From positions 1,152,001-1,216,000 of the forward strand of contig CAWGMQ010000004.1 of assembly GCA_963823665.1 (NCBI GenBank): a DNA stretch of 64,000 nucleotides. The letters run 5' to 3'. The notes beneath the pieces are model-generated. The model saw nothing but the letters and a program-made list of their open reading frames with translations. It was not told where the DNA came from and ran no database searches. The DNA comes from an uncultured Planctomycetota bacterium (GTDB taxonomy: Bacteria > Planctomycetota > Planctomycetia > Isosphaerales > Isosphaeraceae). Each line of letters begins with the position of its first letter. The stretch's first letter is position 1. The position numbers and the translations under genes were made by a program. Positions 56,914 through 64,000 of the stretch are shown piece after piece.

Positions 56914-58407
56914 ATGAGCGATTACCCGCGACCTGAATCCATCGACGTCTACCCGCTGCCCGAAGCCCTCGGCCGAGAACGTGGAGCCGGATGGGCGATC
57001 TTCCGTTCGCCGATGGCGGGGGTGGATCTCCCGTCGCGCCGCATGTTCGTGCCGCTGGGTCCCGGGCCGGACGATTACTGCGCCCGCGTCCATGAGCTCG
57101 GCCACGTCGCCTGGACCCGCGGCGATCCCGGGAAGCTCTCCGCACGCCTGGGCGTTGACGAGTTGGTGTACCAGGCCGTCGAGGACAACCGCATCGAGGG
57201 CTGGCTCTCCCGAATCGCCGGCGTGAACCTGTTCCCGCTCGGCCTGGCCCTTGACCGGGTGCGCGACGCGGCCGGGCGGATCGTCGCCTTGCGAGACCAC
57301 CGATCGGCCTGTCTGCTCCTGATCGCCACAACCCACGCGGCCGCGGGGCCCGTTGTCCGCGCCACCCTCGAACGTGCCGCGCGGAAGTCGCTGGGTTTCC
57401 GCGTGGCCCTCGAGGTCGCCGACGGCGCCACGGTCCGACTCTGGCGACACCCGCGGCCCACACAGGATCAGACCGGGCGCGTCGCCCGCTGGGTCCAGCG
57501 CCGTCTCGAAGCGGTCCATGATCACGAACCCCACGGCGAAACGTCCGCGAGCACCGGCGATGCCTGGTCGTCTCCGATGCCGGATTGCCCCAGACCACCA
57601 CTGCGACAGCACCTGATCCGCCGCGCCAAAGCCATCCGAGGCGCCCTCCGGGAGGCACTTGGCCTCGTCCCCGTCCCCTCGGAGGACGAGCCGACAGACG
57701 ACTTTCCCTCCGCCGGCTCGCTGACTGCACTTCCGGATCGCTCCGCTATCCACGATGGACTCGAACTCCTGCGGCTCGCCCTGACCATGGACGCGGGCGC
57801 CGGTCACAACTTCGTCCCGTGGGGACCGATGGACGTCCAAGAGCCCGAGCGGGTCATCGCCCACGCCGGTCGCCTGGGGCGATGGAAGCGGCCGACCGAG
57901 GAGGGCGTTTATCTCCGCTATCCTCATCGCTACCTGTCGGACCGCCGGGTATTCGCGCACCGCCGGAGGGTGCCCGGCGGCGGCGTGCTCATCGACGCCA
58001 GCGGGAGCATGCACCTCTCGGCTGGCGACGTGGATCGGGTCGTCGCGGCCGCGCCGGGGGCGCACGTGCTCGGCTACGCGGCGTCAACCCACCGGGGCGT
58101 CCTCCGTGTCCTGGCGCGCGACGGCCGCCGCGTCGCCCCGGAGGACTGCGACTTCTCCGCCGTCGGCACATCCAACGTCATCGACCTCCCCGCGCTCGAA
58201 TACCTTGCCCGGCTCCGCGTCCAGCCCAAGCTCTGGGTCTCGGACGGGTTGGTAACCGGGATCGGGGACCGTACCGGCTCCGAGAACTTGCGCCAGGTCC
58301 ATTCGTTGACCGAATCGAAGGGCATTCGGCGACTGGCCAGCCTCGATGAGGCGGTCGCGCTGCTCAATCGGCTGTCCCGTCGCGAGGTCTCCGTGAATAC
58401 CTGTTAG
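56914..58407 (+). CDS. HExxH zincin-like domain + von Willebrand A domain protein
   Basis: RVHELGHV...VEDNRIE in the N-terminal part; MIDAS IDASGSM and WVSDG in the C-terminal part. Confidence 0.82.
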   Translation: MSDYPRPESIDVYPLPEALGRERGAGWAIFRSPMAGVDLPSRRMFVPLGPGPDDYCARVHELGHVAWTRGDPGKLSARLGVDELVYQAVEDNRIEGWLSRIAGVNLFPLGLALDRVRDAAGRIVALRDHRSACLLLIATTHAAAGPVVRATLERAARKSLGFRVALEVADGATVRLWRHPRPTQDQTGRVARWVQRRLEAVHDHEPHGETSASTGDAWSSPMPDCPRPPLRQHLIRRAKAIRGALREALGLVPVPSEDEPTDDFPSAGSLTALPDRSAIHDGLELLRLALTMDAGAGHNFVPWGPMDVQEPERVIAHAGRLGRWKRPTEEGVYLRYPHRYLSDRRVFAHRRRVPGGGVLIDASGSMHLSAGDVDRVVAAAPGAHVLGYAASTHRGVLRVLARDGRRVAPEDCDFSAVGTSNVIDLPALEYLARLRVQPKLWVSDGLVTGIGDRTGSENLRQVHSLTESKGIRRLASLDEAVALLNRLSRREVSVNTC

Positions 58408-58758
58408 AGCCCGGAGCTCGGGGCGGACGCCGGCGGACGCCCGGAGGATAGTGTTCCAGCGTCTCTCGACCCGACATTCGGTCTGGCTCCAGGTCACTCT
58501 TGTAAGTCTACGCTGCGTTGGTAAGCATTCCAGAGCCTTCCGCAGCAGACGCTGCTCTTGGGATCGCTCACACCTATGTCCGCACGACTCTGCGCCAAGG
58601 ATTTCGTTGGTCCCGTAGCTGCCGCCTTCAGCGTTGTGGCCTCGACACTCGTTGAGGCCGGCTTGACGCGCGAGGCAACGGTGGCCAATAATCCGAACGA
58701 TGTCGAGCCGAGCCAAAACCCTCATCTCAGTGTCGGTGTAGGCGCGGAGACTGGCGCC

Positions 58759-58902
58759 ATGTCAGAAAGACTGAAATTCCTGTTATCGCTCGCGCGTCAA
58801 TTCCCGATGACGCCCGGGGACCGGCGCGAACAAGAGATCCGCCTCGCCTTGGAGAATGCTCGGTTCGAGATTCCGTCAGGAATCGGTCGCACCGTTCAAT
58901 GA
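58759..58902 (+). CDS. Small hypothetical protein (47 aa)
   Basis: GGAG before ATG; MSERLKFLLSLARQFPMTPGDRREQ looks like a natural helical N-terminus. Confidence 0.35.
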   Translation: MSERLKFLLSLARQFPMTPGDRREQEIRLALENARFEIPSGIGRTVQ

Positions 58903-58942
58903 TGCCGTCCAACCACCGATGGAGTTGCCGAAGGGGGTCTGA

Positions 58943-59953
58943 ATGCAAAGCTCGGAACCGGCATCGGCCGTTCTGACGGAGAGTCGCTCGATCGCATCTC
59001 GACGGAACCGGAGCTGGGCGTGGCTGGTTGCCATTGGTCTCATCACCATCGGTCTGATTGTGCTGGGAGGAGCGGTTATTCTCAACGTGAACCGAATCAT
59101 GGTTCACCGAGTTGGCGACTTGAACCGAGCAATGGCTCACCAGCTTGACCAGGTACAATACCAGCTTATCAAGATACAGCACCAGCTCGGACCGGTAGAG
59201 GTGTCTGCCCTGGGAAGCACCTTTTATGTCCAGCCCGAGGATGACGTTATCACGAGAGAGCTACTCACATCGGGATACTGGGAGCTGGACGAAACCCTGG
59301 AGGCACGCGCGATCCTACGCCCCGGAGATACCTTCATCGACGTCGGTGCCGACTTCGGCTGGTACACGGTGATCGGAGCGAAGGCCGTGGGGCCGACAGG
59401 CCGGGTCATTGCCTTCGAACCGGTGCCTCGGAACCTGGAGTTCCTGAGGCGAAACGTCGCGGCCAATGGTTGTGCGAACGCCAAGCTCGAGCCGATCGCC
59501 CTCTCGAATAAAAGCGGCAAAATCACAATGCACCTCAATCGCACCAACTTGGGCAATCACAGCATGCTCGAAGCCCAGGATCGGCCCGACTCGATCGACG
59601 TCCAGGCGATGACGCTCGACGAATACCTGAAGGACTACTCCGGCAAGATCGCCCTGATCAAGATCGACACGGAGGGGGCCGAGGGGTACATCTTGGAAGG
59701 GATGCGTGAGACCCTTCGAAAGCACCCGGAGACGGTGATCTTCATGGAGTTTACGCCACGCTGGCTCCAGCAGAGTGGTTACGACCCCGAAGCAATGCTC
59801 CGTAAGATGTCCGACCAAGGCTACGAGATCCAGTACTTCTTGGACGACCACTCAAAGCAGCGGACGGCGCCGGTTCCCGAGTCCCAGATCTCCGAGTTCG
59901 TCAAGAACACTGGGGCCAAGAATCTGCTCATGAGGCAACGGGTACAGCGTTGA
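58943..59953 (+). CDS. FkbM family methyltransferase with an N-terminal TM anchor
   Basis: FIDVGADFGWYT, VIAFEP, LIKIDTEGAE, IFMEF. Confidence 0.92.
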   Translation: MQSSEPASAVLTESRSIASRRNRSWAWLVAIGLITIGLIVLGGAVILNVNRIMVHRVGDLNRAMAHQLDQVQYQLIKIQHQLGPVEVSALGSTFYVQPEDDVITRELLTSGYWELDETLEARAILRPGDTFIDVGADFGWYTVIGAKAVGPTGRVIAFEPVPRNLEFLRRNVAANGCANAKLEPIALSNKSGKITMHLNRTNLGNHSMLEAQDRPDSIDVQAMTLDEYLKDYSGKIALIKIDTEGAEGYILEGMRETLRKHPETVIFMEFTPRWLQQSGYDPEAMLRKMSDQGYEIQYFLDDHSKQRTAPVPESQISEFVKNTGAKNLLMRQRVQR

Positions 59954-60037
59954 GAGCGGCATCATGCAACAACACCCGATCGACTCATGGCGGCTCTCGC
60001 AACTCGAGGGAAACCAGGCGAGTTGAACTTCGTTCAT

Positions 60038-60410
60038 TCACTTCTCGATTTCCGGCGACTTGACATCAATGACCGGTTTGAAATCGCGGGGTGAACTGAA
60101 TGCTCCTTCATCATATTGTTTCCAGAATTTGTTGCTGGGGATCATTTTGTCGCCTGCAGTCCCAATTTCCACCAGGCTGTTCATCTGTCGAATGGCTTGC
60201 AGTCCCTTCAGCTCTGGATTTGGCGTGAACGACAACTTCTTCAGCTTCATACCCGCCAGTGGCGAAACGTCCGTAATGAGCGTCTGATGGCAATACAGCT
60301 CTTCCAGCGGCATTCCCTCAAGCGGTGACAGGTCAGCCACTTTTGTGACATGGCAGACCAGAACTGTGAGTGGCATCCCAGAGAGCGGAGAAAGGTCTGC
60401 GACTTTTTCA
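60038..60410 (-). pseudogene. C-terminal leucine-rich-repeat fragment
   Basis: VADLSPLSGMPL, VADLSPLEGMPL, ITDVSPLAGMKL repeats and FWKQYDEG end; no credible N-terminus. Confidence 0.7.
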
Positions 60411-60462
60411 GCCCTTGGCGCCTCGAACACCTCAAACCACACCACACTCCGCCTGCCCCCGC

Positions 60463-60508
60463 GTTACAGATTTCAAATATTGACTTCTGTAACCAAATCG
60501 CATAAAGT
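60463..60508 (+). promoter_or_regulatory. Promoter with an overlapping palindromic operator (likely TetR site)
   Basis: GTTACAGA-N15-TCTGTAAC (60463-60493) straddles -35 TTGACT (60480-60485); -10 TAAAGT at 60503-60508 with 17-nt spacing. Confidence 0.7.
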
Positions 60509-60544
60509 TCCTCGCGTCAATCACCTTTCAAAAGGAGGAAGGCA

Positions 60545-61435
60545 ATGAGTGAGTCCACTCTCGGCGGCTGGTTCACGTTCCCCGGCACGTCATTGACGGT
60601 CGAGCGGATAGGCTACGGCGCAATGCAGTTAGCCGGCCCCGGTGTGTTTGGGCCGCCCAGCGACCCGGACGATGCCGTCGCCATCCTCCGCGAGGCCGTA
60701 GCGGCCGGCGTGAACCATATTGACACGTCCGACTTCTACGGCCCGCACGTCACCAATCAGATCATCCGGCAGGCGCTGCACCCGTACCCCGCGGGGCTGT
60801 TGATCGTCACCAAGCTGGGAGCACGCCGCCCGCCTGATGGGTCGTGGCAGCCGGCCATCTCACCTCAAGAGCTGACGGCCGGAGTCCACGATAACCTCCG
60901 CAACCTCGGCCTGGACGCGCTCGACATCGTCAACTACCGCGCGATGGGGTCCGTCCACGGCCCCAGGGAGGGGTCCATCGGCGAGCAAGTGACGGTGCTG
61001 GCTGATCTTCAGCGAAAGGGCGTGATTCGCCACATCGGGCTGAGCAACGTAACGGCCGCCCAGGTGGCCGAGGCGCAAGACATCACCAATGTCGTGTGCG
61101 TGCAGAACAACTACAATCTGGCCCACCGCCACGACGACGCCCTGATCGACGACCTGGCCCGCCGCGGCATCGCGTACGTACCGTTCTTCCCGCTCGGTGG
61201 GTTCACGCCGCTGCAGTCGTCGACTCTCTCAACCGTCGCGCACCGTCTCGGTTCCACCCCGATGCAGGTGGCCTTGGCTTGGCTGCTGCACCGCTCGCCC
61301 AACATCCTGCTGATCCCCGGCACCGCGTCACTCGCACACTTGCGCGAGAACATGGCCGCCGGAAAGTTGAACCTGTCGCCGCAGATCTTGGCTGAGCTGG
61401 ACACCATCGCCGCCGCCACGGTGGCGGCGACCTGA
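60545..61435 (+). CDS. Aldo/keto reductase family oxidoreductase
   Basis: IGYGAMQLAGPGVFGPP, IDTSDFYG, RHIGLSNV, VQNNYN, IPGT; RBS AGGAGG. Confidence 0.93.
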   Translation: MSESTLGGWFTFPGTSLTVERIGYGAMQLAGPGVFGPPSDPDDAVAILREAVAAGVNHIDTSDFYGPHVTNQIIRQALHPYPAGLLIVTKLGARRPPDGSWQPAISPQELTAGVHDNLRNLGLDALDIVNYRAMGSVHGPREGSIGEQVTVLADLQRKGVIRHIGLSNVTAAQVAEAQDITNVVCVQNNYNLAHRHDDALIDDLARRGIAYVPFFPLGGFTPLQSSTLSTVAHRLGSTPMQVALAWLLHRSPNILLIPGTASLAHLRENMAAGKLNLSPQILAELDTIAAATVAAT

Positions 61436-62037
61436 TGTCCCCCGCTGACACCCCGCTGTCGCGCGATCGAATCCTCGACACGGCCGAGGACGTCATCCGC
61501 CGGTTCGGCCCAGCCAAGGCGACCGTGGTGGATGTCGCCCGGGCGCTGGGTGTGAGCCACGCGGCCGTCTACCGGCACGTGGCGACCAAAGCCGAGCTGC
61601 GCGACCTGGTCGTCGCCCGGTGGCTGGAGTCGACGATGCGCCCGCTCCGGGCCATCGCCGCCAAGCCGGGCCCGGCTTTGCGGCGGTTACGGCGGCTGGT
61701 CGACACCCTCATTGCGATCAAACGCCGCCGGGCCGCCGAAGACCCGGAGCTCTTTCTCGCCTACCGGACGCTTGCCGCCGACGCCCAGTCCGTCGTCGCC
61801 GCCCACGTCGACGAGTTGGTCGCCCTGGCCGCGACAGTCATCCGCTCCGGCGTGCAGGAAGGCACATTCCGAACAGTCGACCCCGTGTCCGCCGGCCGGG
61901 CGGTGCTGTTCGCCACGTCCCGGTTCCACCACCCCGCCCACGCCGCCGCCTGGGTCGACTCAGCCATCGACACAACATGCAACGACGTGTGGAATCTGCT
62001 TATGGACGGCCTGTGCGTCCCGAAGACCTCCCCTTAG
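61435..62037 (+). CDS. TetR family transcriptional regulator
   Basis: ILDTAEDVIRRFG...VVDVARALGVSHAAVYRHVATKAEL; TGATG stop/start overlap with the AKR gene. Confidence 0.93.
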   Translation: MSPADTPLSRDRILDTAEDVIRRFGPAKATVVDVARALGVSHAAVYRHVATKAELRDLVVARWLESTMRPLRAIAAKPGPALRRLRRLVDTLIAIKRRRAAEDPELFLAYRTLAADAQSVVAAHVDELVALAATVIRSGVQEGTFRTVDPVSAGRAVLFATSRFHHPAHAAAWVDSAIDTTCNDVWNLLMDGLCVPKTSP

Positions 62038-62323
62038 AGTGAGCAGCCGCGCAACCCGGATGGATTTCGCCCCACCCGAGGAAATGGCTGAGAACCCCCA
62101 CGCGACCGGAATCGTCAAAGGCCCCAACGCGGGCCGCGGTCAATCGCCACGGGCTTTAGCCCTTCGCATCTTGAACCAAAGCACGAAAACTTCGACCACG
62201 ATAACACCTCAACAGCGCATACGCCGCCACCCATCGTCTCTTGCTCCTCCATTGAGCACGTGGGATAGTCTGCCTTGCATTCCGCGGAATAATTGACGAA
62301 GCGACTTGTGGAGACGATTCCCG

Positions 62324-64000
62324 ATGAGTCGATCGAACGCAGAGTCCAAAACATCACGCAACGAAAGTCCCATTTCACCTGAACAACTCGCCAGAATGGA
62401 CGCCTACTGGCGGGCCGCCAATTACCTCTCGGTCGGCCAGATCTACCTCTTCGACAACCCGCTCCTGAAAGTGCCGCTCAAGCGCGAGCACATCAAGCCG
62501 CGCCTGCTCGGCCACTGGGGCACCACGCCTGGTCTCAATTTCATCTACGTCCACCTGAACCGAATCATCAAGGAACACGACCTGGACATGATCTACGTGA
62601 CCGGTCCGGGCCACGGAGGCCCGGGACTGGTCGCCAACGTCTACCTGGAGGGAACCTACACCGAGGTTTACCCGAATATCAGCCAGGACGAGGAGGGAAT
62701 GAAGCGGCTCTTCACCCAGTTCAGCTTTCCCGGTGGAATCCCCAGCCACGTCGCTCCTGAGACGCCCGGCTCGATCCACGAGGGAGGCGAGCTGGGATAC
62801 GCCCTTTCGCACGCCTTTGGCGCGGCCTTCGACAACCCCGAGCTGATCGTTGCCTGCGTCGTCGGCGACGGCGAGGCCGAAACCGGGCCGCTTGCGACAA
62901 GCTGGCACTCCAACAAGTTCCTGAACCCCGCCCGCGACGGCGCCGTCCTGCCGATCCTTCATTTGAACGGATACAAGATCGCCAATCCCTGCTTCCTGGC
63001 GCGGATACCCCAGGACGAGCTCCGCAAGCTCCTCGAAGGCTACGGCTACAAGCCGTATTTCGTCTCAGGCCATGAGCCCGCCCTCGTGCACAAGGAGATG
63101 GCCGCCACCCTCGACTCGGTCATCGCCGACATCATGCAAATTCAAGCCGACGCGCGAGCGAGCGGATTCAAGGACCGGCCCGCGTGGCCCATGATCGTGC
63201 TCCGCACCCCCAAGGGCTGGACCTGCCCGGCCGAGATCGACGGCAAGAAATGTGAAGATTACTGGCGCAGCCACCAGGTTCCGATGAGCGATATGTCCAA
63301 GGAAGAGCACATCCGAATCCTTGAACAGTGGATGAAGAGCTACCGCCCGGAAGAGCTTTTCGATCAGAACGGCCGGCTGATTTCGGAGCTGGCTGGCCTG
63401 GCTCCGAAAGGCCATCGCCGCATGGGTGCCAACCCCCATGCAAACGGCGGGCTGCTGCTCAAAGACCTGAAACTGCCCGATTTCCGCACGTATGCGGTCG
63501 ACGTGAAGAGCCCCGGCGTTTCCTTCGCTGAGGCGACACGCGAGCAGGGGAAGTTTCTCCGCGACGTCATGAAACGGAACCTGGAGAGCAAGAACTTTCG
63601 TCTGTTCAGCCCGGACGAGAACAATTCGAATCGATGGCAGGACGTGCTCGAGGTGACCAATCGCTGCTACACAGCCGAGATCTACCCCGAAGACGATCAC
63701 CTCTCGCCCGATGGCCGCGTGATGGAAGTCTTGAGCGAGCACCAGTGCCAGGGATGGCTGGAAGGCTACCTCTTGACCGGCCGCCACGGATTCTTCTCGT
63801 GCTACGAGGCCTTCATCCACATCATCGACTCGATGTTCAACCAGCACGCCAAGTGGCTCAAGGTGTGCAACCACATCCCGTGGAGGCGCTCGATCGCCTC
63901 GCTCAACTACCTGCTCTCGAGCCACGTCTGGCGCCAGGACCACAACGGCTTCAGCCACCAGGATCCCGGCTTCATCGATCACGTGGTCAACAAGAAGGCC
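62324..64000 (+). CDS. xfp: Xylulose-5-phosphate/fructose-6-phosphate phosphoketolase, 3' end outside window
   Basis: [67 protein letters not shown]. Missing from the ORF track because it has no stop in the window. Confidence 0.96.
   Translation, partial: MSRSNAESKTSRNESPISPEQLARMDAYWRAANYLSVGQIYLFDNPLLKVPLKREHIKPRLLGHWGTTPGLNFIYVHLNRIIKEHDLDMIYVTGPGHGGPGLVANVYLEGTYTEVYPNISQDEEGMKRLFTQFSFPGGIPSHVAPETPGSIHEGGELGYALSHAFGAAFDNPELIVACVVGDGEAETGPLATSWHSNKFLNPARDGAVLPILHLNGYKIANPCFLARIPQDELRKLLEGYGYKPYFVSGHEPALVHKEMAATLDSVIADIMQIQADARASGFKDRPAWPMIVLRTPKGWTCPAEIDGKKCEDYWRSHQVPMSDMSKEEHIRILEQWMKSYRPEELFDQNGRLISELAGLAPKGHRRMGANPHANGGLLLKDLKLPDFRTYAVDVKSPGVSFAEATREQGKFLRDVMKRNLESKNFRLFSPDENNSNRWQDVLEVTNRCYTAEIYPEDDHLSPDGRVMEVLSEHQCQGWLEGYLLTGRHGFFSCYEAFIHIIDSMFNQHAKWLKVCNHIPWRRSIASLNYLLSSHVWRQDHNGFSHQDPGFIDHVVNKKA

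Noticed and set aside
36700..60450. Prophage or complete integrative element
   Set aside because: I recognised no integrase, transposase, replication, conjugation or virion genes.
62375..63982. Minus-strand ORFs of 195 and 305 aa
   Set aside because: Antisense shadows of the phosphoketolase gene.

Overview
GC-rich bacterial DNA that looks planctomycete (Isosphaeraceae-like), judged from the kinase architectures, LExRxLL export motifs and a DUF4058-type gene. Most long genes carry isolated 1-nt indels, probably long-read errors. Layout: (1) 1-1072, 3' end of a CocE/NonD hydrolase. (2) ~1.15-24.6 kb, a tandem duplication of an ~11.7-kb two-gene module: a zinc-finger/Ser-Thr kinase/TM/TPR receptor plus a ~2,450-aa secreted FG-GAP protein whose repeats parse as 5 x 7 blades. 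(3) tRNA-Leu(CAG), a cyclase, a VOC protein and a minus-strand sulfatase/spherulin-4/kinase-TPR run. (4) ~33.8-36.7 kb, a non-coding repeat mosaic. (5) ~36.7-49.6 kb, a decayed accessory island with truncated genes, three co-oriented tRNA-Leu(CAA) fragments, a toxin-antitoxin-like pair and attC-like sites before an NDT/TIR-like gene; I found no integrase. (6) An ECF sigma, a membrane kinase and a GH17-like glucanase; kinase and enzyme share one carbohydrate-binding-like domain. (7) An apparently circularly permuted GHMP kinase, divergent from a minimal AAA+ ATPase and an HExxH-vWA gene. (8) FkbM methyltransferase, LRR fragment, AKR-TetR pair and the 5' part of phosphoketolase. Best candidates for new biology: the permuted GHMP/AAA/vWA locus, the duplicated kinase-propeller module, the ECF-kinase-glucanase module and the tRNA-fragment-delimited island. 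All family calls come from reading motifs by eye; no searches were run.
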